Assembly: GCF_009914755.1 (NCBI RefSeq)
Contig: NC_060927.1
Length of the DNA: 64,000 nucleotides
Source of the DNA: the human T2T-CHM13v2.0 reference genome, Homo sapiens
Reading direction: 5' to 3' (one strand)
Shown here piece after piece: positions 44,189 through 57,966 of this stretch. Every line of letters starts with the position of its first letter. Position 1 is the stretch's first letter. Under the pieces are notes generated by a model. The model was given only the letters and a program-made list of their open reading frames with translations. It was not told the origin of the DNA and did no database searches. The position numbers and the translations under genes were made by a program.

Positions 44189-45577
44189 TACTTAATAGTT
44201 CAGTTCAATTGCATATGTATAAAGGTAACAGAATTGTTACCCTGTATCCTCTATGTAAAATAACTTTATCAATACAGTGCATATATACAGTTAGTCTTAC
44301 TCTAGCCTTATACACTCTGCTCGTTTCTGAAGTTACTTAGGTCACAACCAATTTTCCCCATGCCCTTCAGTGAGGTTGTTTCATACATTACAGTGCTTGG
44401 TCACATATTTCATTACATCCTGAAATTCCATAGCCTCCTTAATAATGTGTTTAAGAACTTATGTGCATTAAGGATCAATTTTTATGATATAAGTTTATAT
44501 AGGACTTGACAAGTGCATTGAGTCATATATTAGCTATCACCCTAAACAGTATCACTGTCCTAAAATTCACCTTTGTTACACCTATCTGACCCTTTCCCCT
44601 GTACCCCAGGAGCTCCCAGAAATCATGAGATTCTTATCACTACTATAGTTTTAACATTTTTAGAATTTCATATAGTTGGAATCATACAGTGTGTAGCCTT
44701 TTCAGACTAACATTTTTTTCACTTGGAAATGTACATTTAAGATTCATTCATCTCTTTTCATGGCTTCACATCTCATTTCTTTTTATCACTGAGTAATATC
44801 CCATTGTATGGTTGTACCACAGTTTGTTGCTCCATTTACCTTGAAAGATACCTTGCTTGCTTCCAGTTTTGGTGATTGTAAATAAAGTTACTACAAAGAT
44901 TCCTTTGCAATTTTTGTGTAGACATAAAATTTTTAATCAGTTGGTTAAAAACCTAGGAGGGTAAATGTTGTACTGTAATGTAAAACTACATTTACTTTGG
45001 AACAAAACTGCCATAATCTCAAAAGGCTATCTCATTTTGCCTTCCCACCTACATCAAATAAATGTTTATGTTATCCTGCAATCTCACCAGTAACTGAATT
45101 GTCAGTATTTGGAATTTTTGCCATTCTAATAGGTATATAATGCTAGCTCGTTGGTGTTTTAATTTGCAATTCTCTAACAACAAATTATGTACAGCATCTT
45201 TTCATATTTATATTTGCCATATTATATTGTTTTGGTGAGATATCCGTTCAGGTATTTTCCCTGTTTTTAAAATTTGGCTGTTTTCTTTATATTTTGTGTA
45301 CATATTTTAGATACAAGGATTTATCAAATGTGTTTTTTGCAAGTATTTTCTTCCAGTTTGTGGCTTGTCTTTTGATTCTATTGGGAGAATCTTTCACAAA
45401 GAAGAAATTTTAAATTTTCATAAAGTCCAACATCATTTCTTCTTTTATTGATCATTCTTTTATAGCTTTATCTAAAACCTCCTCATCAAACTCAGTATCA
45501 CCTAAAATTTTTCTGAGTTTTCTTATAAAAGATTTATAATTTTCTGACTTGGATTTATGTTTCCTTATTAAACTTAA

Positions 45578-45877
45578 TTTTTTTTTCTTTTTTTTTGAGA
45601 TGGAATCTCACTCTGTCATCCAGGCTGGGGTTCAGGGGAGCCATCTCAGCTCACTGCAACTTCTGCTTCGCAGGTTCAAGTGATTCTCCTGCCTCAGCCT
45701 CCCAAGTAGCTGGGAGTACAGGTGAGTCTCACCATGCCCATCTAATTTTTTGTATTTTTAGTAGAGATGGAGTTTCACCGTGTTAGCCAGGATGGTCTCG
45801 ATCTCCTGACCTCGTGATCTGCCTCCCTCAGCATCCCAAAGTGCTGGGATTACAGGCTTGAGCCACCACGCCTAGCC
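45578..45877 (-). mobile_element. AluS (Sc-like)
   Basis: Antisense Alu with poly-T head; gtgttagccaggatggtctcgatctcctgacctcgtgatc; ttaatttt flanks both ends. Confidence 0.93.
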
Positions 45878-46324
45878 CAGTTAATTTTTATAAAGGGTAA
45901 GTTCTGTGTCATGGTTTTATCCACATGGATGTCCAAATTTTTTAGCACCATATGTTTAAACACCATCATTCCCCATGTCCCCATGGAATTGTCTTTTTCC
46001 CTTTATCAAAAACCATTTGATTTGATACATGTGGGTCTGTTTTTAGACTCTCTGTTCTATCAATCTACATGTCTGTGTCATTTTTCAGGAATATCACACT
46101 GTCTTGCTTACTACAGCTTTATAGTAAGTCTTGAAATTGGGTAATATTAGAGCTCCATCTTTGTTCTTCAGTATTTTCTTAAGTATTCTAGATTTTTTGT
46201 TTTTCCACATGAATTTTAGATTATATTTGTGAATATTAAGAAAATAGCTTGCTCAGATTTTGAATGAGATAGTATTGAATGTATTAAGTTGGAAAGAATT
46301 GACTTATTAACAACACTGAATCTT

Positions 46325-46445
46325 CTAACCCACATATTCCCCTCACCCCTTCTTCCACCTGACCAATGCTGGTGCTTCCCTTGTGGCTCTATGTGATGTA
46401 GCATGCCCTCTCCTCTTACAAATGTGAATAACAAACTTGCTATTC
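46325..46445 (+). mobile_element. LTR40-like ERVL LTR fragment
   Basis: cctgaccaatgctggtgcttcccttgtggctct...ccctctcctctt...gtgaataacaaac resembles the LTR40 3' part. Confidence 0.45.
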
Positions 46446-46944
46446 AATAGCAGTCTTTTCCTGAAGTGTGGGATTCATCTAACTTGCATTATAAAACCTA
46501 CATTTAAAACATGAGTAAAGATAATTATGAACCCATCTAATAATATATCTAAAATTTTATTAGGCGATGTTGCTCAAAGTTTAAATGTTTTATAAACAAA
46601 TGTATGTGTGTGTGTATGCACGTTCATATATATGTTTTTAAAACGTGTAATAGAAATTGCCTCGAAACTCTGAAAATGTGAAATAATTTACTCTTTCCTG
46701 CACTAATTGAGAGTATGTATTTCCTCACATCGTTGACACTTTAAACATGCTTTTTAAGCATGATTTTAGACATAAAATTGTGATTTTAAAAATACTGTTT
46801 AAAAATGAACAGTACTGGTTTTAAGCATGATTTGTTATAATATTTGTCAATATATTAAAGGAAAAGAAGTTTTGTTGTCAAAGTACATATTTTATCAGTT
46901 GTGGTACTTAATTTAGTAGCATTTAAAATATGTGTTTCTCTGTA

Positions 46945-47008
46945 AATTGCATATTTATTTAGCAAATAAATTTAAATTTAAATTTATTTAGCAAATAAAT
47001 ATGCAATT
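46945..47008. repeat. 64-bp AT-rich near-perfect palindrome
   Basis: aattgcatatttattt-agc-aaataaatttaaatttaaatttattt-agc-aaataaatatgcaatt is self-complementary except at the two agc triplets. Confidence 0.95.
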
Positions 47009-50000
47009 AGTTCTTATGTACTATTCAAGAGTTCTGGGAGGAGTTTTGGCAAGATGGCTGACTAGAGACAGCTGAGAAATGCCTTTTCAATGAAGAGGAA
47101 CCAAAATATTGAGTAAACTATCAGGCTTTGAACAGATCTTTTGAGGGAAATTACTGAATGTTGATACAGAGGCAACACAGACACCACGGTTGAAAAGAGA
47201 GGAAGCTGAGAAGGCTGCTTAAAGTCACTGGGCATCAGGACTGGCCCACGGACCCAAACGAGACTTAAAGAAAGGGTGAGTGAAGGAACCCCTGGGTACC
47301 ACATTTCCACTGCAGACCTCTGGGATCCCATCTGCAGGAGTTCCTATGACCTCCAAAGACCTTTGAAGTGGCAGGGGAAGCTGCCTGGGGAACAGTCAGG
47401 GACACAGCTTGAAACTGCACAGAGCCCGGAAGGTTTTGCTGTGCTGTGAAGCTGCAGGGAAATGCAGCTGTAAGTGCCTATCACATAAGGCTCTCCATCT
47501 TGCACTGAGTGGTTGTAGCTCCTGCTGTCTGCAGGGCTGAGAGACAGCAGAGCTACCACAGCCGGAGGACAAAGGTGCATTTGATCCAATTACCCCCTTG
47601 TCTGCTGGCTCCTCCCATGACTGCCTTCCTGGCCACTCCTGAAAGAGGATGCCCACAGCACAGCCTCCACTGCCCTGCCTGAGTATGTTGCTGGTAGCCT
47701 GGGAGAAGTTTATACACCAGCACAGTCAGTGCTTGACCACAAGGAGCCAGTGGACAAACCCATGGGCTTGGTCCCAATCCCAATTCCCCAGGACTTGAGA
47801 ACACCACCCAGGAGAGTCAAGCTGAGACCTGTGGCCTAAGCTGAAGCTGGGGAATAGCCCCATACTCAGAGCACAGAGAAGAGGGTGGCATGGGTTCATG
47901 TGCTGGCACAGGAGCCGGGCATCCCTTCCTTTGCAAACTGGACTGGGAAGGGTGTAACCTAATAGCCAGCCACGGCTTCTTTACCAGGAAGGCCCCTGGG
48001 TTAGAAGATCTGGAATAGCTCAACAATCTGGGCACAGAAGGTGTGGGACAAGCCTAGCAGATCAGGCCTTCTCACAGGGCAGATGGAGAAAGACCCACCA
48101 GGTTGGGGGACTATGAGCTGGATGGGTCTCAGAGCCATCTGCTGTGCTAAAAGTCCCAGACCTGTGGAAAACATCCCAGTTGCATACCTGAAGTGCCACT
48201 GCCCTGTCCAGGGATCCTCTGCCCTTGACCTACCACATCACCAGAGCAGCCACAGACATACCCCATAACTTGCTCTGATTCCAGCAAGCACAGGGGACTG
48301 GTAAGTTGCCAGGGAGTCATGGAACTCTTGACACAGACTGACCCTAAGGGGAGGGGAGCACAGGCTGCCAAATTACCCCTTGGGGCCAAGGAAACATGAG
48401 CATGGCACCAATGATTGAAGTGGAAACCATCAAGGCCCAGAAATGGACTTAGAGAGGGAGTCGTCTCTTGCCCCTGCTTTTCCTCTCTAGAGGACTGCTG
48501 CAAGAGACACTAAAATACAAAAGGGTGAACTGCAGCTGAGTAGGAGCATATCTGCTGGCTCTTACCCTTAAGCACCATTAATGGACTGCAACCTAAATTA
48601 CACTACCCAATAAAAATACACTGTTTCAACATATGGTGTCTGTGAAACCCACTTCAGGAACTTATCTACAACCAAGGAACCCCTACAGGGCCTTGGTCCT
48701 CTGAAAGCACCTAGATATGAAGCCAATTGACAATACATAGCATAAGCCACAGTCAAATCCTCATGGGGAAAAATAATATAAAATCAAAAAGCCCAATCCA
48801 AATGATAGCAAATTCAAAAGAAAAAGTAGCACCAGCTCCCTCAGATAGGAAGGAATCAGCACAAGAACTACAGCAATTCAAAAAGCCAGAGCACTTCCTT
48901 ATCACCAAAGAATCAACTAGCTCCCTAGCAATGGATTCTAACCAGCTTGAAATGTCTGGAATGACAGGCATGCAATTCAGAATCTGGATGGCAAAGAAAT
49001 TCAATGAGAGCCAAGAAAAAATTAAAATCCAATCCAATGAAGCCAGAAAAACAATCTAAGATTTGAAAGATGACATAGCTATATTAAGAAAGAACCAAAC
49101 TGAATTTCTGGAATTGAAAAATTTGCTACAGGAACTTCAAAATGCATCTAGAAGCCTTAACAACAGACTGGACCAAGAAGAGAAAAGAATTTCAAAATCT
49201 GAAGACTGTTCCTTTGAATCAACCAAATCAGATAAAAACAAAGAAAAAAATTTAAATGAAAAAAATCCTTCGAGAAATATGGGATTATGTAAAGTAACCA
49301 AATCTATAAATAACGCATTGCTCAGAGAGAAGAAAAAAGAGTAAACAAATTGGAAAATATATTTGAGTATATAATCCATGATAATTTCCCCAATCTTGCT
49401 GAGAGGTCAACACACTGATTCAAAAAATTGAAAGAACTCCTGTAAGATATGATATAAGATAATACCCAAGCCATATAGTCATCAGACTTTCCAAGGTCAA
49501 TGCAGAAGAAAAAATCCTAAAGGAAGCTGGAAAAAATATGGTCATATCACCTGTTAGAGGATCCCATCAGACTAACAATGGGCTTTTTAGTAGAAACCTT
49601 ATAAACCAGAAGAGATAAGGGCTCTATTCTTAGCATCATCAAAGAAAAGAAATTCCAGCCAAAAATTTCATAATGTGCCAAACTAAGCTTCATAAGTGAA
49701 GGAGAAATTAAATCTTTCCCCGATAAGCAAGCACTAAGGAAATTCTCTGCCACTAACCCAGCCTTACAAGAGATGCTTAAGGGAGTTCTAAACATGGAAC
49801 AAAAGAACAATACCTGCTACCACAAAAACACACGTAAGTATATAGCCTACAGACCCTACAGAGCAACCATACAATCAAGAATACAAAGGGACCAGGTAAC
49901 AACACCATGACAGTAACAAAACCATACATATCAATATTAACCTTGAATGTAAATGGTCAAAGCCCTACACATAAAAGACACAGAGTGGCAAATTGGATTA

Positions 50001-52927
50001 AAAAACAAGACCCATCCTTCCGCTTTCTTCAAAAAAACCATCTAACATGTAATGAAATCTTTTGGCTCAAAATAAAGGGCTGGAGAAAGATTTATCATGC
50101 AAACGGTAAAGAAAAAAGAGCAGGAGTCACTATTCTTGTGTGAGATAAGACAGACTCTAAGCCAACAACAGTAAAAATGGACAAAGAAGGGCATTACAAA
50201 GTGATAAAGGGTTTAATTCAACAAGATTTAGCTATCCTAAATTCATAGTATCCCTATGACATTGGAGCACCCAGATTCATAAAACAATTACTTCTAGACC
50301 TAGGAAAAGACTTAGCCACACAATAACCGAGGGGTATTTCAACACCCCACTTATAGCATTAGACAGATTACGAATGAAAAAAAAAAAGCTAACAAGTAAT
50401 ACATTCTGGACTTCAATTTGACATTTGACCAATTGGACATAATCGACTTCTACAGAACATTCCGCCCAAAAACCACAGAATATATGTCCTTTCCATCCGC
50501 ACATGGAACATACTCTAAGATTAATCACATGGTTGGTCATACAGCAAGTCTCAATAAATTTTAAAAAATTGAAATCATAACAAGTATATCCTCAGACCAC
50601 AGTGGAATAAAAATTGAAATTAACATCAAACCACACAATTACATGAAATATAAACAACTTGCTCCTAAATGACCTTTGAGTAAACAACCACATTAAAGCA
50701 GAAATCATTTTAAACAAATGAAAATAAAGCCACTACATTCTAAAACCCCCGAAATGCAGCTAAATCAGTGTTAAGATAAAATGTTATACTGCTAAACACC
50801 TACATTAAGACAATAGAGAGGTCTCACATTAATCTAATATCACACTTAAAAGAACTATGAAAAACAGGAGCAAACTATCTCAAACTAGCAGAAAAAAGAA
50901 GTAACTAAAATCAGAGCAGAAGTAAACAAAATTGAGACCCCATAAAACCATCCAAAGGATCAATGAAACTAAAAGTTGGTGCTCTGGAAGGGTAACAAGA
51001 TTGATAAACCACTAGATAGATTAACAAAGAAAATAAGAGAGAAGATCCAAATAAGCAAAATCAAAAATGACAAAGGAGTCATTACAAGGGATCCCACGGG
51101 AATACAAAAGATCCTTAGATCCTATTATGAGCATCTCCATGCACATAAACAATCTAGAGCAAGTAGATAAATTCCGGGAAACACACAACCTCTCAAGATT
51201 GATCCAGGACAAATTGAAACCCTGAATAGACCAATAACAAGTTCTGAAATTGAATCTGTATTAGAAAAACTACCAACCAAAAAACCCTTAGACTAGGCGG
51301 ATCCACATCCAAATTCTACCAGATGTAGAAAGAAGAGCTGCTACCAATCCTATGGAAAGTATTATAAAAAGTCAAGGAAAAGGGACTTCTGTCTAACTCA
51401 TTCTATGAAAAGAGTATCATCCTGATACCAAAACCTAGCAAAGACACAATTAACAAAACCAAAAAAAAAAAAAAACCAACTGTAGACCAATATCTCTAAA
51501 GACCAAAGTCAGAAAAATTCTCAACAAAATAGTAAAAAACTATATCAGGTAGCACATCAAAAATTTGATTCACCATGATTAAGTAGGCTTTATTCTTGGG
51601 ATGCAAGGTTGGTTCAACATACACAAATCAATAAATGTGATTCATCAAATAAACAAATTTTTTTAAGAAATATCATCTCAATAGACACAGAAAAAGTATT
51701 TTATAAAATCTAACATCCTTTCTTGACAAACGCCCTCAAAAACTAGGTGTCAAATGAGCATACCTCAAAATAATAAGAGTAGTCTATAACAAACCAACAG
51801 CCAGCATTATACTGAATGTGCAAATGCTGGAAGCATTCCTGCTAAGAACTGAAACAAGGCAAGGATGCCCATTTACATGTCTCATCATTTATCACTCACC
51901 ATTTACCACTCTCATCCAATATAGTACTAGAGAAGTCCTAGCCAGAGAAATCAGACAAGAGAAAGGAATAGAAGGCATTCAAATAGGAAAAGTGGAAGTC
52001 AAATTATCTCCCTGTGCTGACAGTATGATTCTATACTTGGAAATTACTGACAGCCGCATCAAAAGGCTCCATAAATAACTTCAGTAAAACTTCAGGATAC
52101 AAAATTAATGGACAAAATTCAGCAACACTTCTATGTAGGAATAACAGTCAACCCAAGAGCCAGATCAAGAATGGAATCCCATTTACAATAGCCACACACA
52201 CAAACTAAAATACCTAGGAATGCATACTACCAAGAACTTGAAAGTTCTCTTCAGGGAGAACTTGAAAACACTGCTGAAAGAAATAATAGATGGCACAAAC
52301 AAATGGAAGAATATTCCATGATTATGGAATGGAAGAACAGATATCTTTAAAATGTTCATACCGCCCAATGCAATTTTCACAGAATTAAAAAAAAATTCCT
52401 AAAATTCATATGGAACAAAATGAAAAAAAAAAAAACTGAATAGACAAAACAATCCTAAGCAAAAAGAACAAAGCCAGAAGCATCACATTGCCCCTATTCA
52501 AAGTATACTAGAGGGTTACCAAAATAGAATGACACTGGCAGAAAAATAGACACATAGACCTATGAAACAGAATAAAGATCTCAGAAATAAATGCACACAC
52601 CTACAACCAACGGTTCTTTGACAAAGTCAACAAAAGCAAGCAATGGAAAAGGGATCCCTATTCAATAAACAGTGCTGGGAAAACTGACTAACCATATGCA
52701 GAAGAATGAAACTGGATACCTACTTCTCACTATATCCAAAATTATCTCAAGATAGATTAAATACTTAAATATAAGACCTCAAATTACTAAAAATCCTAGA
52801 ACAAAACCTAGGAAATAATTTTTCTGAATATTGGCCTCAACAAATATAATACAATGAAGTCTCCCAAAGCAATTGCAGTGAAAAGAAAAATGTACACTTG
52901 GGACCGAATTAAACTCAAGAGCTTCTT

Positions 52928-53255
52928 TTTTTTTTTTTTTTTTTTTTTGGCGGTGGGTGGGACAGAATCTTGCTCTGTTGCCCAGGCTGGAGTGCAGTGG
53001 CGCAATCTAGGCTCACTGCAAGCTCCACCTCCCGGGTCCACACCATTCCCCTGCCTCAGCCTCCCGAGTAGCTGGGACTACAGGCGTACAGGCGCCCACC
53101 ACCACACCCAGCTAATTTTTTTTTTTCGTATTTTTAGTAAAGACGGGGGGTTTCACCGTGTTAGCCAGGATGATCTCCATCTCCTGACCTCATGATCTTC
53201 CCGCCTCGGCCTCCCAAAGTGCTGGGATTAAAGGCGTGAGCCACCACGCCCGGCC
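52928..53255 (-). mobile_element. AluY inserted in L1 ORF2
   Basis: gcaagctccacctcccggg and gtgttagccaggatg; long poly-T; TSD act(c/a)aagagcttctt at 52913-52927 and 53256-53270. Confidence 0.95.
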
Positions 53256-53270
53256 ACTAAAGAGCTTCTT

Positions 53271-55059
53271 CATTTTTTTTTTTAATTATAAGTTTTAGGG
53301 TACATGTGCACAATGTGCAGGTTTGTTACATATGTATACATGTGCCATGTTGGTGTGCTGCACCCATTAACTTGTCATTTACATTAAGTGTATCTCCTAA
53401 TGGTTTCCCTCCCCCCTCCCCCCACCACACAACAGGCTCTGGTGTATGATGTTCCCCTTCCTGTGTCCAAGTGTTCTCATTGTTCATTTCCCACCTATGA
53501 GTGAGAACATGCGGTGTTTGGTTTTTTGTCCTTGCAATAGGTTGCTGAGAATGATGGTTTCCAGTTTCATCCATGTCCCTACAAAGGACATGAACTCATC
53601 CTTTTTTATGGCTGCATAGTATTCTGTGGTGTATATGTGCCACGTTTTCTTAATCCAGTATATCACTGATGGACATTTGGGTTAGTTCCAAGTCTTTGCT
53701 ATTGTGAATAGTGCTGCAATAAACATACATGTGCATGTGCCTTTATAGCAGCATGTTTTATAATCTTTTGGGTATATACCCAGTAACGGGATAGCTGGGT
53801 CAAATGGTATTTCTACTTCTAGATCCTTGAGGAATCGCCACACTGTCTTCCACAATGGTTGAACTAGTTTACAGTCCCACCAACAGTGTAAAACTGTTCC
53901 TATTTCTCCACATCCTCTCCAGCACCTGCTGTTTCCCGACTTTTTAATGATCGCCATTCTAACTGGTGTGAGATGGTATCTCATTGTGATTTTGATTTGC
54001 ATTTCTCTGATGGCCAGTGATAATAAGCATTTTTTCATGTGTCTGTTGGCTGCATAAATGTCTTCTTTTGAGAAGTGTCTGTTCATATCCTTTGCCCACT
54101 TGTTGATGGGGTTGGTTTTTTCTTGTAAATTTGTTTGAGTTCTTTGTAGATTCTGGATATTAGCCCTTTGTCAGATGAGTAGATTCCAAAAATTTTCTTC
54201 CATTCTGTAGGTGGCCTGTTCACTCTGATGGTAGTTTCTTTTGCTGTGCAGAAGCTCTTTAGTTTAAGTAGATCCCATTTGTCAATTTTGGCTTTTGTTG
54301 CCATTGCTTTTGGTGTTTTAGACATGAAGTCCTTGCCCATGCCTATGTCCTGAATGGTAGTGCCTAGGTTTTCTTCTAGGGTTTTTATGGTCTAACATTT
54401 GAGTCTTTAATCCATCTAGAATTAATTTTTGTGTAAGGTGTAAGGAAGGGATCCAGTTTCAACTTTCTACATAGGGCCAGACAGTTTTCCCAGCACCATT
54501 TATTAAATAGGGAATCCTTTCCCCATTTCTTGTTTTTGTCAGGTTTGTTAAAGATTAGATGTTTGTAGATGTGTGGTATTATTTCTGAGTCCTCTGTTCT
54601 GTTCCATTGGTCTATATCTCTGTTTTGGTACCAGTACCGTGCTGTTTTGGTTACTGTAGCCTTGTAGTATAGTCTGAAGTCAGGTAGCATGATGCCTCCA
54701 GCTTTGTTCTTTTGCCTTAGGATTGTCTTGGCAATGCAGGCTCTTTTTAGGTTCCATATGAACTTTAAAGTAGTTTTTTCCAATTCTGTGAAGAAAGTCA
54801 TTGGTAGCTTGATGGGGATGGCATTGAATCTATACATTACCTTGGGCAGTATGGCCATTTTCATGATATTGATTCTTCCTATCCATGAGCATGGAATGTT
54901 CTTCCATTTGTTTGTGTCCTCTTTTATTTCATTGAGCAGTGGTTTGTAGTTCTTCTTGAAGAGGTCCTTTACATCCCTTGTAAGTTGGATTCCTAGGTAT
55001 TTTATTCTCTTTGAAGCAACTGTGAATGGAAGTTCACTCATGATTTGGTTCTCTGTCTG
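53271..55059 (-). mobile_element. 5'-truncated L1PA4/5-like element (~1.8 kb)
   Basis: ORFs 54385-55080 and 53682-54086 closely match the L1 ORF2 C-terminus ([27 protein letters not shown]; [14 protein letters not shown]); TSD taaagagcttctt at 53258-53270 and 55060-55072. Confidence 0.96.
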
Positions 55060-56799
55060 TAAAGAGCTTCTTAACAGCAAAAGAATCGATCAGCAGGGCA
55101 TACTGACAACTTACAGAATGGGAGAAACTACTTGAAAACTATGCATCCAACACAGGACTAATTATCTAGAATCTGTAAGAAACATGAACAATTGAACAAG
55201 CAAAAACCAAATAACTCCATTAAAAAGCAGGCAAAGGACATGAACAGACTCTTCTCAACAACAACAACAAAAGACATACAAGCGGGTAACAAACATGAAA
55301 AAGTGCCCAACATCACTAATCATCAGAGAAGTGTGACACAAAATCACAATGAGATACCATCTCACACCAATCAGAATGGCTGTTATTAAACTCAAAAACA
55401 ACAGAAATTGGCAAGCCTGCAGAGAAAGTGAATGCTTAGTCACTGTTGGTGGTAAAGTTTATTAGTTCAGTCCTTGTGGAAGGCAGTTTAGAAGTTTTTC
55501 AAAGGACTAAAAATAGAACTATCATTTGACTCAGGAATCCCATTACTAGGTATGTACCAAAAGAAAATTAATCATTCTCCCAATAAGTTACCTACCCTCA
55601 TATGTTTATTGCAGCACTATTCACAATAGCAAAGGCATGGGAGCAACCTAGGTGCCCATTAAGAGTTAACTGGATAAAGAAAATTTCATACATACACACT
55701 ATGAAATACTATGTAGCCATAAAAAATAATGAAATCATGTCCTTTTCAGCCACATGAATGGAGATGGAAACCGTTACCCAAAATGAATTAATGAAGACAC
55801 AGAAAATCAAATATCACATGTTCTCTCTTATGAGAGGGAGCTAAACCCTGGATAGATATGTATATAAAAATGGCATCAATGGACACTGGGGACTTCAAAA
55901 GTAGGGAGGGAGTGGGGAGAGCAATGGCTGAAAAACTCTATTGTGTACTAGGTTCATCAATAAAAGCCAAAATCTCAGTATCACAAACTGTAACAAACCT
56001 GCACATGTACCCTCAAATCTAAAATTAAAATTTCAAAAAATAATTCTTATTGTTAAAATGTTTAACTATAGTCTAATAAATATGTAGCATGTAAATATCC
56101 TCAGATAAAAACTTTTCTTTCAATAGTGTTTATGTGGTCTGTTACAGCAAATAAGTTTTAAAATCTTATCTTCACAAATATATTATTTTCTTTATATTTT
56201 CTCTTTTAGCGCTATGATTACAGAGATCTTCAATATGGAAAACACGTGAGTTTCTAATTTTCTATAATTTCATTTTGTTTTGTATTAAAATTTTTTAATT
56301 CACTGAGAATTACCGTCCTTGGACATTGCATCTTTTGAATCAAATTTTCACTCAGGCATAGACAATTATGTAAAACAAACTAAGATAAAAATCAACAAAC
56401 TAATAAACAAATCTCACATTCCACCAGGGAAAATGGGTTATGACTTCATGTCCTGCTGGTGTAGAAGATACCAAAGTATCTTGGAGGAGGCTGGTGCCTG
56501 GAAGGATTTCTATGATTAAGCATAATTGTTTTTCTCTGAATTATAAACATTATTTAAATAACTCTTTTTCTTTCTTCACAGTTGAGAATTATAATTTATC
56601 TGGGTTATCTCTGTGCTTTATCCTTTTCATTAATTTTATCTGATACATGGCGACCTCTTTGTTATTTCAGAAGAAAGCCTTTCCTTAATTTTGTCTTTTT
56701 TAAATTTTCAACAGAATCTTATGTTTGATTAATTGTATTATTTTGTTCAGATATTATAATTATCCAAAAATGGTACTCTTCAGATTCTGTTCACCATGG

Positions 56800-57020
56800 G
56801 CTTTGGGGTCAAGTTGACCTGCTTTTAAATCAGCCGTTTAATAACTGAACTGCCTTGAACAAATCACTTAACGTCTCACAACATTAGTATCCACATATAC
56901 TTCAATTCACACTTCATAGAGTTGTGGTAAAAGTAATATGTATTTAAATTTAGTTTATAAATATATTTGAATGTTTACCATAGTACCTGGTATATTTTAT
57001 TCAGTTGATAAATGGCAGTT
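56800..57020. mobile_element. MIR remnant
   Basis: gccttgaacaaatcacttaacgtctc...cttcatagagttgtgg resembles the MIR core. Confidence 0.5.
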
Positions 57021-57921
57021 AATATGTTTTTGGGCTTCCTTTATGCCCCAGTATATTTCTTCAGAATATTTCCCCACATTGTCTTCTTACCCATATTTTG
57101 CATGTATGTGGGTTTGGGTTCATATTTTAGGCTCCGCTAAATGTCTTCTTTGCAGAAAGAACCTTGCTGGCCATCCCATCAAATGAGGGCCCCCTCCTTT
57201 TTTCCACCTTACTCCTTCAATTTCTCATTTGGTAGCATATCACAATTTGTAGTCATTTTGTTTATTCTCAAATGCTTTTAAATGCATTTTCACCAAGAAT
57301 GAAGGCATTATAATAGAATTTTTTTCAATTACTCTTTTTTCCTCCCTCCCTACCTCCCTTTTCCTCTTGTCTCTTTCTTTCCATTAGCTAATATAATGAC
57401 AAGAACATAGCAGGTGTTTAATAACTATGCAAATTATTTCATCAGTAATTTTTCCATTTATTCTAAAACTTTCTTATTTTGCTGCACAGTAAATTTTGTT
57501 TTTGTCAATTCCTAACACTTTCACTCCTCTAAAGCTCTAACTTTTTACCTTGTTTTCATAACTTCTCTTATTTCAGTCTCTGACTTTCACATGGCCTCTT
57601 TCATCACTTTCATTTCCTTAAAAGGTTAAGATGATGTCAAAAGCATACCCTTTGATCCTGAGAATGTAGTATATTTTTATCATTTCTCTTCCTATAGGTT
57701 TTATATAGTATAATTATTATCCATTTTATTTATTTAACTTTTTCATAGGTTCTATGCTGCCTTTTGTGGTTATTTACTCACTTTTAAGTGAAAGCAAATG
57801 TCTCCAGGTCTGAACAAACGGCATGTTTGCAGGACTAAACTGTTTCCATGTCCCCTCACTGCTTATCTGAATGATGTTGAAGACCTCCTGTGACCTTAAC
57901 CACAGAGGTATAAAATATATC

Positions 57922-57966
<45 letters not shown>
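57922..57966. repeat. (ATCT)11 tetranucleotide STR
   Basis: Perfect GATA-type repeat read directly. Confidence 0.97.

Larger units (their letters stand above)
42660..46320 (-). mobile_element. L1MC/L1MD-type element interrupted by Tigger2 and an Alu
   Basis: tttagatttacagaaaaa; aggctgtgacagtttt; tggaatcatacagtgtgtagccttttcagact; ccatttgatttgatacatgtgggtctgttt. Confidence 0.8.
47036..56040 (+). mobile_element. Full-length decayed L1PB/L1PA16-like element with a ~1.8-kb 5'UTR, interrupted at 52927-55059
   Basis: 5' gggaggag...caagatggctgactag (YY1-type motif); ORF1 peptides at 48.8-49.8 kb; ORF2 start MTVTKPYISILTLNVNG at 49907; 3'UTR ending gtaacaaacctgcacatgtaccc. Confidence 0.93.

Noticed and set aside
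53271-55059. Twin-priming inversion of the host L1
   Set aside because: The inverted piece has its own poly-A tail and TSDs and is a much younger subfamily than the host, so it is a separate insertion.
54385-55080. Longest ORF in the window (231 aa) as a gene
   Set aside because: It is a fragment of L1 ORF2 in a 5'-truncated L1PA; the start codon lies in the flanking host sequence and the frame breaks downstream.
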